A DNA stretch of 64,000 nt from Ignavibacteria bacterium (GTDB taxonomy: Bacteria > Bacteroidota > Ignavibacteria > Kapaibacteriales > Kapaibacteriaceae), in assembly GCA_015709655.1 (NCBI GenBank), contig CP054181.1, forward strand, positions 1,172,207-1,236,206, in the 5' to 3' direction. Below the pieces are notes generated by a model that saw nothing but the letters and a program-made list of their open reading frames with translations, had not been told where the DNA came from and searched no databases. The translations under genes were made by a program, and so were the position numbers. Positions 1-10,028 of the stretch are shown one piece after another; the stretch's first letter is position 1, and each line of letters opens with the position of its first letter.

Positions 1-1993
1 ACGCAACTTCGGACTTGCCGTCCATAAAGGTGAACTTGTCGTCTGCCTTGTCATCGACATCACCACGGTCCAAGAGATAGCCATTATAGGGTATGCGCCA
101 ATACCTGAGCGCAGGCTCGGTATAGGTGAATTTCGTCCACGCACCTGCATCTGCTTGATCTGGACCATTGTCGTTGACGTCCACATAGTTCTGGCCTAGA
201 ATAGCCGTCGCATTCCATTGATACACAAACCGATAGGGGCGATCTTCAGAGGCCTGCAAGACCTTACCGTTGATCTCCTCATCATTCATGTAGTAGATGC
301 GCTGAGGGGCACGCTGCACTTGATGCGCCGGGACCGTGTAGGTGCGAGACGTTTCATAACTGCGTTGTACCGGTGCGCCAAACTCGTAGGCAACGCCGGA
401 TTCTGATGTGATTCGAAAGAATCCAATAAGTGAGTTGTCGACTTCAGCGTCTGTGTCCCAAGCGTCAAAACAATTCGACTTCTTCATGTTCTTGCCAACG
501 AAGCCGAAGTAACGCTTGATATCAATATTCTTAGACTGCAGCTGTCGGAGATCGGCGAATGTGAGCCACTCGATGCTGCGATTGATATTGGGATACCGCC
601 CCCGATTTATCGGGTAATACGTGCCCTTGTCCGGCCCATCCATTGATACCCCAATTGGTCCGTCAGATGTAGCATATCTTACCTCATCAGCAGGATCGTC
701 ATTGAATCTAAAGAATGGCCTCATCGAGGCACCGTACATCCCCTGATCTACAAGCAGGATATCAGAGTTCGCATCGTTGCGGTCACCATTGTGGTCGCCA
801 ACGGTAAGCGTATAATCGGCAGGGATTGGCAACGATGCACCTATACCGCCGCCAAGAGGAACGGCCACCTTTGCACTCAGGCTATACAACGACAGTGTCG
901 ATATCTGACTAACGGGGCGTAAACGGAGTGGCAAAGGCAGGTGCGCACGGAAGGTTCCATCACTACCTGTGCCTGACACGATGAATTTGTCGTATGCCGG
1001 AAGGGGCATGGGGATCTGGGCATTACTGGGATCTCCCGAGGATAACTGCCGCTCGCCGTCTACCAAGTAATCCTGTGAAATAGCCGACTTCGCTGCATCT
1101 AGTCCGAGTTCACTTGAGTGTAGGTAACCATTGACGGTCAAGTCGCGCTGTGGTGTCGCCATCGTCGTGAACGACACTGTCGCCCCTGTTTCCCATCCAC
1201 CAACATTTCCCATCTTGAACGTGGTATTATAGACATGTGTCTCACCACGGAAGGGATACATCAGGCCGATCGCCGGATTGTTTCTCGACGTGGGGTCGTA
1301 GGTAAACAGACTAGTTCCTGCACCCGCTCCACTATAGGCCTCGGTTTTCTGTGCAAGTGGGCCCACAACTCCCTGAGGCAAATCGACATCCACCTGGTGG
1401 GTTTCAAGCACAAGACTGAAGCCAATGCCAACACCGAATCTTCCCTTCGTGTCGATGGATGTCCCTACACTGACGGCAGAAAAACAGATATTGGGTCCAC
1501 CAGAAACCATGGCGTCAAAGCCGGTGGCTGTGTTGCATCCAGCGGTGAGTGACAAACCGGCGCCGATCTTCTCAGATGACAAGATCTCCATATTGCCCTG
1601 TAGGGTCGCTGCTTGACTACAGATCTTTGAATTGAGCGTCTGCTTGATCGTTCCGCCGACAAGATCATCCGGGACGCCGACACATGATCGTGTAATACTT
1701 GGCGCTTCTAAGCTCCAACCATAACCAACCCAGGACGCTTCTGCTTCCGCCTGAATATCACTCGAATAGTTTAGCGACACAGTGTATCCACCACCATGTG
1801 GCCCTGGGATTGTGATCACCGGAATCGAACATCGGAACGTGCCGGTGAACGGATCGACCGACGGACTTGGCAGTAGTTGGGCTTGCGATTCAACCACAGA
1901 AACAAGCGCAAACACAACGTATGCGATGCTACGGACGACATTACGAATCGACGTCGATAGCAGGCGTTGCAGCACGGATCTAAATACTCTCAT
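1..1993 (-). CDS. 5' part of a very large secreted SpvB-domain protein (Tc-toxin / RHS-family-like); runs off the window edge
   Basis: Manual translation of the minus strand from ATG at 1993 gives MRVFRSVLQRLLSTSIRNVVRSIAYVVFALV... with signal-peptide character and no stop through position 1. Residues ~45-110 read ...PFTGTFRCSIPVITIPGPHGGGYTVSLNYSS...SWVGYGWSLEAPSITRSC, matching the conserved GxGWSL..PSITR core of the SpvB/TcB N-terminal domain. It is absent from the ORF track because it lacks an in-window stop. A GGAG-containing spacer lies between the upstream stop (2003) and this ATG. Confidence 0.6.
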   Translation of the reverse strand, partial: MRVFRSVLQRLLSTSIRNVVRSIAYVVFALVSVVESQAQLLPSPSVDPFTGTFRCSIPVITIPGPHGGGYTVSLNYSSDIQAEAEASWVGYGWSLEAPSITRSCVGVPDDLVGGTIKQTLNSKICSQAATLQGNMEILSSEKIGAGLSLTAGCNTATGFDAMVSGGPNICFSAVSVGTSIDTKGRFGVGIGFSLVLETHQVDVDLPQGVVGPLAQKTEAYSGAGAGTSLFTYDPTSRNNPAIGLMYPFRGETHVYNTTFKMGNVGGWETGATVSFTTMATPQRDLTVNGYLHSSELGLDAAKSAISQDYLVDGERQLSSGDPSNAQIPMPLPAYDKFIVSGTGSDGTFRAHLPLPLRLRPVSQISTLSLYSLSAKVAVPLGGGIGASLPIPADYTLTVGDHNGDRNDANSDILLVDQGMYGASMRPFFRFNDDPADEVRYATSDGPIGVSMDGPDKGTYYPINRGRYPNINRSIEWLTFADLRQLQSKNIDIKRYFGFVGKNMKKSNCFDAWDTDAEVDNSLIGFFRITSESGVAYEFGAPVQRSYETSRTYTVPAHQVQRAPQRIYYMNDEEINGKVLQASEDRPYRFVYQWNATAILGQNYVDVNDNGPDQADAGAWTKFTYTEPALRYWRIPYNGYLLDRGDVDDKADDKFTFMDGKSEVA

Positions 1994-2002
1994 CTCACTC
2001 CC

Positions 2003-4318
2003 TCAATCAACTTTGACGACTCGCACAATACCTGTACAACTTCTCGTATCCACCTTAATTACGTAGCTGCCTGCAGCTGCTCTCGACCCGTTAGAATTCA
2101 TACCATCCCAGTACGCACTGTGACAAGGAATACTCTGGGACCACACAAGCACTCCATCGAGTGCGTACACTGATACGCCTGTAATCTCGCCACGACCGAT
2201 GAGGTCGATCGTGATGCCGATATTGAAAGGATTGGCCGAGACTTTAGGCTGGCATTCGTCAACACCATCAGCGTGTCTTTCTGTCCTGCGCGCAGGTGTC
2301 ACCGCGACAAATGAGGCATAACTAGTTCGTTCACGTCTCATATCCGTGGTGTGTACCCATACACTATCCAGGTCACTTCGGACAAGAGGATAGTCCAGTA
2401 GGCGTTCGTGAACGTCCCATCCTCTGCCGGAGGATATCTGAGTGATGCAAACCCGGCCGCCATCTTCTATTCCCCGCACCCATGGCTGTAGCTCAACTCT
2501 TCTTCTTGCCGGCAGGCTCTGTCGTGTTTGATTCCAGAGCACAACAATGTTCCCCTCTGAGAGGGTCACACCATCGACAGCACCATCTCCGTCAATATCA
2601 CCCCAACAGATGTCGCGTACGTTTCGTAACGTCTCTAGTCCGGTGTGATACTCGCGTTGAAGTCGCCGATCCGTCGGGTCTTCACGATACAACTTCGGAG
2701 GCCTACATGTTGATCCCGTTGTCATCATCAACTCGGCAACGCCGTTGCCATCAAGATCTGGCCACGAGCAGGCACTAACGCGATCTTCAAAGGGCAACCT
2801 TGAAAGAACATCCATACTCCATTGATCAGCGATAGGAATCTCGGTTTGCCGAGGGGAAGGAATCCGTACCATGTTGATGGCAATCCCTGCACCAACGATG
2901 TGGTCCTCGCTGGTTTGCGCATCAACAACTCCATTTATCGAGATGGTCGGGCGCAGATAGAGACCGGACACTCCATAAGGCACGTGGAGCACCGTGAATT
3001 GTTCGAGTCGATGAGTGACACCTTCACTGTTCCCTCCAGCTTGGTTGATCGCTTGAACAATAGTCGCCGCACTGCCCTCCTCAGTACATACGCCAACGAT
3101 ATCTGCGTCGCCATCGGCATCCACGTCTGTGGCAACGACATTATGGAGGACAAGGTGACGCGATTGCTCACTCTTGAGAATCAGCGGTGTTGCATTCTCC
3201 GGTTCATCTCTTTCGTTGAACCGGAACAAGCCACACGCTCCATTTGACTTCGCTACTAGCACATCTTCGGACCGATCGGTATTGAAGTCTGCTACAACGA
3301 CACTAACAATAGCCGCTTCGTCCGATATCTCGAGCACGCGGATGCGTACGCCGTCTGCCGTTCGCCGCTGTTCTGCAATTCGATCGTGTGAAGATCTTCG
3401 GATGCCAATGAGCTCGAAATCTCCATTGCGACAACGACGGGGCAAGATCATCTCAACGCCAAGTCGCGCAGTGCTGACGGTTGAGTCAAGCTGCCATTGA
3501 CGTGCCGGACCACGTGAGTGAAGCAGCCCCTTGGACGTCAGTATCTCTCCTTGACCATCCCTGTTCAAATCCACAGTTGCAATGAAGGGGCGTTCCGTTG
3601 CATCCGGAATAACTTCGGGGGAACCCGAATAGATCGTGTCAAGACCAAAGTGAAAGTATGACTCATGTGCTACTACGTCTCTACTCTGAACGTAGGCATC
3701 GACGAGATATGCTCTATTGATGGTCTGCCAAGGCCCATCTTCACGACGTACACACTGAAGTGTGAAGTTCTCCTCTCCCTCGCACAAACACATTGGAGCA
3801 CGCGCGACGTTATCACTTAACAACGCCATCTTACCCGACATCGACTCCATACTGACGAAGAACTGATCACCAGCGAGATTGATTGGGGGATCGAACGCAA
3901 TCAAACAGTATTCAACGCCATTGGTCGACTTGCGGATCACTTTCGGCTCGCATTGGTCTAGGCCTAATACTGGTGCGGGTGCGCCCCCTTCATGTCCATA
4001 GATTCTAACAATAGCAGAGTCATTGAGCTTGCCGTTGACCTTCAAACGAATAGAGTCGAGCTGGATCTCGCCATGTATTGGAAATCGAGCCGCACTTTGA
4101 AGAGTCTGGTCATGTGAATCGTGCAGTTCGCCAAATCCGTTCACAAGGTCATAGTACCTTAGAACGACGGTCCCCTCATCATGCGATGTGCGTGCTATCG
4201 CTTGACAATTGAGTACAAAGGCCAGCAACACCAATCGCACGCCGAACAGCACGACATGTCTGCCGTTCCATTGCCTACGGCCTCCCAAGCTCGTGGCGAT
4301 CATATATCCCTCCCGCAT
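2003..4318 (-). CDS. FG-GAP/VCBS (integrin-alpha-like beta-propeller) repeat protein with T9SS C-terminal sorting domain
   Basis: 771 aa with an N-terminal signal peptide. Repeated DxDxDG-type FG-GAP motifs (DVDADGDADIVGV, GDIDGDGAVDGV, DLDGNGVAEL, VVADFNTDRSEDVLVA). The C-terminus WDGMNSNGSRAAAGSYVIKVDTRSCTGIVRVVKVD resembles Por/T9SS type-A CTDs. Confidence 0.65.
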   Translation of the reverse strand: MREGYMIATSLGGRRQWNGRHVVLFGVRLVLLAFVLNCQAIARTSHDEGTVVLRYYDLVNGFGELHDSHDQTLQSAARFPIHGEIQLDSIRLKVNGKLNDSAIVRIYGHEGGAPAPVLGLDQCEPKVIRKSTNGVEYCLIAFDPPINLAGDQFFVSMESMSGKMALLSDNVARAPMCLCEGEENFTLQCVRREDGPWQTINRAYLVDAYVQSRDVVAHESYFHFGLDTIYSGSPEVIPDATERPFIATVDLNRDGQGEILTSKGLLHSRGPARQWQLDSTVSTARLGVEMILPRRCRNGDFELIGIRRSSHDRIAEQRRTADGVRIRVLEISDEAAIVSVVVADFNTDRSEDVLVAKSNGACGLFRFNERDEPENATPLILKSEQSRHLVLHNVVATDVDADGDADIVGVCTEEGSAATIVQAINQAGGNSEGVTHRLEQFTVLHVPYGVSGLYLRPTISINGVVDAQTSEDHIVGAGIAINMVRIPSPRQTEIPIADQWSMDVLSRLPFEDRVSACSWPDLDGNGVAELMMTTGSTCRPPKLYREDPTDRRLQREYHTGLETLRNVRDICWGDIDGDGAVDGVTLSEGNIVVLWNQTRQSLPARRRVELQPWVRGIEDGGRVCITQISSGRGWDVHERLLDYPLVRSDLDSVWVHTTDMRRERTSYASFVAVTPARRTERHADGVDECQPKVSANPFNIGITIDLIGRGEITGVSVYALDGVLVWSQSIPCHSAYWDGMNSNGSRAAAGSYVIKVDTRSCTGIVRVVKVD

Positions 4319-4783
4319 CCCGTTGAAAAGAGTCGAGGCTTCAAGTCTGGTCGGTGGTGGCGGTTTACGTCAGTGGGTTGAAGATGCCACTAACGGCCAG
4401 ACTGATGTGTGGGTAGACGATGTGCTAAGATTGACGCGCGTCAAGAACGCTAGGTCAGACGGTGAACTTTGGCGTGAATGGAGCGCTTAGGCGCACCGTT
4501 GCGAAGAGTGTAGATACTGCCCGGAAGGACGGTTGTCGTTTCATCTATCGTCCTCCGAAGCGATGAATAAGGAATCGACCGTTGGTCAAAAATAAGTTCT
4601 TCGACCGAAGATCACCAGCAAAAAATTCAACCGAACGAAAAATGGCAACATTCTGGTAAGTAAACATACGTAAGTGAAAACACATATCAAGCAGTCATTA
4701 TTTTAGGGATATTGCCGACCTCGCAATGACCGTGGTCGTCTAACCGGCGCACATGCAAGCCGTCGATGTCATGAAACCAGCAG

Positions 4784-6679
4784 ATGGCGGATAGTGTATT
4801 TTCGGCCATGCTTGCCATCACCGACATACGCAATCGAGCCGCCGCATTTGCTGAGCGCTGGAAGGATGAGACATCTGAAGACGCCGAGGCAAAGACCTTC
4901 TGGGATAACTTCCTCGAAGTCTTTGGCGTCAACCGCAAGCGGGTCGCCGTCTTCGAAAAGCAGGTCATCAAGGCCGGTGCCAAGGCCGGATATATCGACC
5001 TCTTCTGGCCGGGACTGTTGATCGTAGAACACAAGTCCGCTGGAAAGGATCTCGCAAAGGCCTTTACGCAAGCGATCGACTATTTCCCCGGCCTCAAAGA
5101 CTCTGAGTTGCCCCGGTACGTGATCGTCAGCGACTTTCAGCGCATCCGTGTGCATGACCTTGTAGAACACGTAGAGACAGAGGTCGCCCTGGCCGATCTC
5201 CCGACGCGAATCGACGTCTTCGGCTTCATCTCCGGCTATGCCACACGAAAGTTTCGGGAAGAAGACCCCGTAAACGTCCGCGCTGCCGAGTTGATGGGAC
5301 GATTGCATGATGCGATCAAGGCGACAGGATACGACGGTCACGATCTTGAGGTCTTCCTGACACGCCTGCTGTTCTGTCTCTTCGGCGATGATACAGGCAT
5401 CTTCAACCGAGATTCCTTCGTGTCGTTCCTTGAGACCAAGACCCGTGAAGATGGCATGGATGTGGGACCACAACTGTCATTCTTGTTTCAGTTGCTCAAC
5501 ACCCCACTTGACAAGCGCCCTAAGAACCTCGACGAAGATCTCCAAGCATTTCCCTATGTGAACGGCAGCTTGTTCGCTGAAACGCTGCCGACACCAAACT
5601 TTGATCGTGAGTTGAGAGAACGGCTGCTGGAGTGTGCCAACTTCGACTGGACCTACGTCTCTCCAGCGGTCTTTGGTGCGATGTTTCAGGGTGTGATGGA
5701 CGCTGTCAACCGCCGTAACCTCGGCGCTCACTACACCTCCGAGAAGAACATCCTCAAGGTTGTCTCCGGCCTGTTCCTGGACGAGATCGAAGCAGAACTG
5801 GTCAAGGCTCGTTCGTCGGAGTCCCGTCTCCGTGCATTGCACGATCGCATTTCTCGCATGCGGTTTCTCGATCCCGCCTGTGGTTGCGGTAACTTCTTGA
5901 TCGTCACATACAAAGAACTCCGTCGTATTGAGACGGAGATCCTCAAGCAACTTGATGCCCTCGGCAAGCTCTCTGGAAGGGGGCAGATGGTCACCGACGT
6001 CTCCGCTCTGTCACGCCTGTCCGTACACTCCATGTTCGGCATCGAGATCGAGGAGTTCCCCGCGCGCATCGCAGAAGTAGCTCTCTGGCTGATCGACCAC
6101 ATCATGAACGTCGAACTTGCCACGGCTTTCGGTGCCTATTTTGTCCGCTTGCCCCTTACCAACGGACCAACGATCCGAATCGGCGATGCCTTGGACGTAG
6201 ACTGGCGAAAGGAGATCCTCGATCAAGAGCTTGATGTGGAGTGGTTCATCCTGGGGAATCCTCCGTTCATCGGTTCGAAGATGATGTCGGACACGCAGCG
6301 CACACGGATCAAGAAGCTCTTTGGAGGAGTTTCGGGCTCCGGCGTCATGGACTTCGTCACCGGCTGGTACGTAAAGGCCGCCGAAGCCATTCATGGCACA
6401 TCTGTCCGATGTGCTTTCGTATGCACAAATTCCATATCACAGGGTGAGCAGGTCGGGATTCTCTGGAAGCACCTCGTGCAGAAGTATGGGATGCACATCC
6501 ACTTCGCTCACCGGACGTTCCGATGGTCAAATGAAGCAAAGGGTGTAGCCGCCGTACACTGCGTGATCGTTGGATTCGGGTGCGAACGGATAGCCGAACC
6601 AGCACTCTTTGAGTACACGAGTCCAACTAGCGATGCTGTCCGAATCCAGGTACCGTCGATCAATGAAGTGGTCCGATAA
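4784..6679 (+). CDS. MmeI-family type IIL restriction-modification enzyme homolog (endonuclease + N6-adenine MTase), apparently lacking the C-terminal TRD (truncated remnant)
   Basis: Strong collinear similarity to my recollection of MmeI across the N-terminal nuclease region (ERWKDETSEDAEAKTFWDNFLEVFGV...DLFWPGLLIVEHKS...LPRYVIVSDFQRIRVHDL), MTase motif I (DPACGCGNFL), RRNLGAHYTSEKNILK, FGIEIEEFPARIAEVALWL, motif IV (ILGNPPFIG), CAFVCTNSISQGEQV and FAHRTFRWSNEAKGVAAVHCVIVGFG. The ORF ends ~30 aa later, where MmeI continues with a ~270-aa TRD. No downstream + frame carries the remainder. Confidence 0.75.
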   Translation: MADSVFSAMLAITDIRNRAAAFAERWKDETSEDAEAKTFWDNFLEVFGVNRKRVAVFEKQVIKAGAKAGYIDLFWPGLLIVEHKSAGKDLAKAFTQAIDYFPGLKDSELPRYVIVSDFQRIRVHDLVEHVETEVALADLPTRIDVFGFISGYATRKFREEDPVNVRAAELMGRLHDAIKATGYDGHDLEVFLTRLLFCLFGDDTGIFNRDSFVSFLETKTREDGMDVGPQLSFLFQLLNTPLDKRPKNLDEDLQAFPYVNGSLFAETLPTPNFDRELRERLLECANFDWTYVSPAVFGAMFQGVMDAVNRRNLGAHYTSEKNILKVVSGLFLDEIEAELVKARSSESRLRALHDRISRMRFLDPACGCGNFLIVTYKELRRIETEILKQLDALGKLSGRGQMVTDVSALSRLSVHSMFGIEIEEFPARIAEVALWLIDHIMNVELATAFGAYFVRLPLTNGPTIRIGDALDVDWRKEILDQELDVEWFILGNPPFIGSKMMSDTQRTRIKKLFGGVSGSGVMDFVTGWYVKAAEAIHGTSVRCAFVCTNSISQGEQVGILWKHLVQKYGMHIHFAHRTFRWSNEAKGVAAVHCVIVGFGCERIAEPALFEYTSPTSDAVRIQVPSINEVVR

Positions 6680-7545
6680 AAATGGACACATTGGGACGTG
6701 TTTTTCGCGCTGATGGAGTCACAAAGCATCGATGAGAGGTGTTTTCTCGTCGATGGAAGGAGATTCTCACCAAGAGACCTTCTGGTATCGCTTTGTAGCG
6801 TTCCGTGATGGTTCGACGAAGGTTCCCGCGAGGTTCCGGTGTGGTTCCGTGGCCGGAAATTTGCTCGCCGAGACGGAATCAAGGGCCATTTTGACGGAAT
6901 CCCCATAGACGCATGAGCATGCGACTCGCTTACAAAAGAGGCGGTTTGGCACGTAGCTGTAATGGCTCTTTCTCATCAGTCCGCCTTTGAAACATCCGTC
7001 TCAACTTACAACAGGACCGATTTTTCACACCACTCCACTCGAACCTCTAACATTTCCAACTCCATGACGCCCTCAATTAGTAGTTTAATTGACACGACGA
7101 ATTGTGTATAAGTTCTTGTTGGCACAGAGGGTTCCGACAAAGCATCTGACTTCCATTCAACTAAACGCATAATACAGAGCACTGGAGGTCCATCACAATT
7201 ACAAATTGTCATTGTTTATTACACGGTAGTTCAAACAGGCTCGGTCAGAACCGTTTGTTCCGTATCGGCAAACCAGCCGTTGTTGCGGAGTCCATCACAA
7301 GGTAACTGTAGTCACAGTATTGCAGGCCTCACAGCTTTTCCACAAGAACCGGACAAGCTTGCAATCGGTTTGCCATGTTTTCGCAGGCAGGAACGGAAGC
7401 TCATACCAACCGTAGCAAGTGACCAACCCCTCGGTGACGCGTGCTGCTAGCCGTGTACCAAAATCCATTTTATTAAATATTCTTAGATATTCACACGCCC
7501 CCTAAAACACGCAGGACATTGAGGAATGGGCTGCAGGGGTTTATG

Positions 7546-9060
7546 TTACATAGTTTTAGCAATCGCCCGGGCTACTCGTTGCCCATCCAAGGCAGCACTC
7601 ATAATACCACCGGCATAGCCCGCACCTTCGCCACATGGATACAGGCCTGCCATGGTAACCGATTCCAGCGTTTTGCTATCCCTGAGGATGCGCACCGGCG
7701 AACTGGTCCTGCTTTCCGTGGCTACAACAATGGCGTCGTTCGTAAGGTATCCGCGCATTCGTGTATTAAACTGCACAATGGCTTCTGCAATTCGTATTGA
7801 TACGTCGGATGGCAGTACTTTGTGCAGATCAACCGATTCAATACCAGGAATGTAGCTTGTGTCGGGAAGCGAGGTGCTACGTTTGCGGTTGACGAAATCC
7901 GAAACTCGCTGGGCTGGTGCCTTCTGCGTAGATCCACTAACCATTGCAAATGCCTTCTGCTCCGTTTCGCACTGTAATGATAGACCACCACTGACTTCAA
8001 CAACCAACCCTGAATTGGCAAATCGGGAGTCTCGCTTGCTCATACTCATACCGTTTACTACAATCTCACCAGGCGCGGTGGAAGCTGGTACGATAATTCC
8101 GCCGGGACACATGCAGAACGTGAAAACACCCCTATTGCCTAGCTGACAGACCAGACTGTAGCTGGCGGGTGGCAGGAATGGATCCCTGGGGCTGTGGTGA
8201 TACTGTACCGTATCAATAAACTCCTGCGGATGCTCAATGCGAACACCCAGCGCATACGGTTTATCCTGAATAGCAATACCGGATTGCAAACAAAGCTTGT
8301 AGATATCCCGTGCACTGTGACCTGTTGCCAGAATAACAGCATCACCCATAATTTCCTGACCGTTTTCAATGTAAACACCGACAATACGGTTCGGGTTAGT
8401 TTTCGAAGCAATAAACTTCGTTACGTATGAATTAAAGTGTACCTGACCTCCATACTCGATTATCGTTTCGCGTAATCGCTGAACAACCATCCAGAGTTTG
8501 TTCGATCCAATATGCGGATGCGATTCAACCAGTATATTGCTGCTTGCTCCATGGGCAACAAGGAGCTCCAGAACATTTCGCACATTACCGCGCTTATCAG
8601 AACGCGTGTACAGCTTGCCGTCAGAATACGTCCCTGCGCCGCCTTCACCAAAACAATAGTTGCTGTGTGGGTTAACAATCCCTTCCTGCTGTAGCACCCG
8701 AAGGTCGCGCCGCCGGTCTCTTACGTTCTTCCCGCGGTCAACCACCACCGGGGTAATTCCATATTTAAGAAGCTCCAGTGCTGCAAAATACCCGGCCGGA
8801 CCTGCGCCAACAATAACAACACGCTTTTCGGGGTTCGCCTGCCTGAGTTCTGAAAGGGGCTTGGGTACGGGGTGCGGTTCCGTTGAGATTTCTACGTGAA
8901 CTACAACCCGGGGCATTTTAGGCCGCGCGTCGATGGCACGCCGGATGACCGTTACCACATACACGCCGTTGTCACTAAGCCCTGCCTCTTCTAATGCAAG
9001 CGCACGCACAAAGGCAGGGTCGGCTGCTTCGGATGGACGTAGCTGAAGTGAAATGGTCAT
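7546..9060 (-). CDS. FAD-dependent oxidoreductase (COG2509-type uncharacterized FAD-dependent dehydrogenase)
   Basis: 504 aa. Rossmann dinucleotide motif VVIVGAGPAGYFAALEL, followed by GEGGAGTYSDGKL and a C-terminal CPxGEGAGYAGGI typical of this family. Confidence 0.6.
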   Translation of the reverse strand: MTISLQLRPSEAADPAFVRALALEEAGLSDNGVYVVTVIRRAIDARPKMPRVVVHVEISTEPHPVPKPLSELRQANPEKRVVIVGAGPAGYFAALELLKYGITPVVVDRGKNVRDRRRDLRVLQQEGIVNPHSNYCFGEGGAGTYSDGKLYTRSDKRGNVRNVLELLVAHGASSNILVESHPHIGSNKLWMVVQRLRETIIEYGGQVHFNSYVTKFIASKTNPNRIVGVYIENGQEIMGDAVILATGHSARDIYKLCLQSGIAIQDKPYALGVRIEHPQEFIDTVQYHHSPRDPFLPPASYSLVCQLGNRGVFTFCMCPGGIIVPASTAPGEIVVNGMSMSKRDSRFANSGLVVEVSGGLSLQCETEQKAFAMVSGSTQKAPAQRVSDFVNRKRSTSLPDTSYIPGIESVDLHKVLPSDVSIRIAEAIVQFNTRMRGYLTNDAIVVATESRTSSPVRILRDSKTLESVTMAGLYPCGEGAGYAGGIMSAALDGQRVARAIAKTM

Positions 9061-9170
9061 GAGGCTGGTCGGGGTTATTGACTAATAGTGCTCCGTTGCG
9101 AACACACGACGCAGTGATTCAATAGCGGGTACAATTTTGCTGGTTTAATGCTGATACGTAAGTTACGGCT

Positions 9171-9536
9171 ATGAAATCAATTATAACGTTCAGCATCCTT
9201 GTTTGCTTCATGATCACTGCCGGCATCAGCACGTTTGCCGGCGATGCCGAAGAATTTGCAAAATGTCCGGTGCAGGTTAATTGGAAACGAACGAAGGCAG
9301 AAGATTATACGGTAACCGTGACCGTAACGAACGGGTCTTCGTATACGCTTATCGACCCGAAGGTTCGGGTGGTGTTTTACGATAAGGACGGCAAGGAGTT
9401 ATCGTCGGCAGCTAAGGCTTACTTTGCCAGGATCCCCAAGGGAAAATCCAAACGCATGGAAGCCCGGATCTTTAGCTATATCGATACCAACTCCGTTGAT
9501 GCAAAAGGCTTCGTTGAGGAAGGTACATTGAAATAG
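9171..9536 (+). CDS. small secreted hypothetical protein
   Basis: 121 aa with clear signal peptide MKSIITFSILVCFMITAGISTFA. No recognisable domain. Confidence 0.45.
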   Translation: MKSIITFSILVCFMITAGISTFAGDAEEFAKCPVQVNWKRTKAEDYTVTVTVTNGSSYTLIDPKVRVVFYDKDGKELSSAAKAYFARIPKGKSKRMEARIFSYIDTNSVDAKGFVEEGTLK

Positions 9537-9630
9537 TATCCCGTTCTTCATAAACATCAGCCTAAAAACATGAAAGGGGCCGCACCTTTTTTGTGACATC
9601 TCTTTTATTCCAGGAGATGCATGCAGACTG

Positions 9631-10026
9631 CTACTTAACAATGGGTAGTCCGGCTGCCTGCCATGCTTTAATGCCGCCAACCATGTTGTACACAACCTTG
9701 TAGCCCATTTTAATAAGATCATCTGCTGCATATGCGCTTCGCCCGCCTGTTGCACAGTACACAATCAGTGGCTTTTTCTTGTCCAGTCCAAGTGACTGGA
9801 TTTTTTTCTTGAAGTCCTTGTCCATCACATCCACACGCGATGCTTTCTCCAGGTGCCCAAGGTCCCACTCCTGCTGTGTTCGTACATCTAATAAGGAGGC
9901 TTTCCCGGATTTAACCATTTCACGGGCCTTTACGGGAGTGATTTCCTGCATTTCCTGAGCAGCCATTCCGGCTGTTCCAACTACAAACAGTAGTACCACA
10001 GTAATAATAAAATTTATCGGTCTCAT
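9631..10026 (-). CDS. rhodanese-domain sulfurtransferase (secreted/periplasmic)
   Basis: Rhodanese fold with active-site loop CATGGRS. The internal start MRPINFIITVVLLFVVGTAGMAA gives a signal peptide; the annotated 170-aa ORF probably over-extends at the 5' end. Confidence 0.65.
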   Translation of the reverse strand: MRPINFIITVVLLFVVGTAGMAAQEMQEITPVKAREMVKSGKASLLDVRTQQEWDLGHLEKASRVDVMDKDFKKKIQSLGLDKKKPLIVYCATGGRSAYAADDLIKMGYKVVYNMVGGIKAWQAAGLPIVK

Positions 10027-10028
10027 AG

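Noticed and set aside
4769-5473. 234-aa antisense ORF (and similar long antisense ORFs at 33581-34204, 30950-31495 and 46538-47029)
   Set aside because: Each lies fully inside a well-supported gene on the opposite strand (MmeI-like, rpoN, mscS, nhaA) and has no independent domain signature. These are typical shadow ORFs.
9566-9592. Weak hairpin + T-run after the small secreted protein gene
   Set aside because: The stem is only ~5 bp with 3 A:T pairs, too weak to call as a terminator with confidence.
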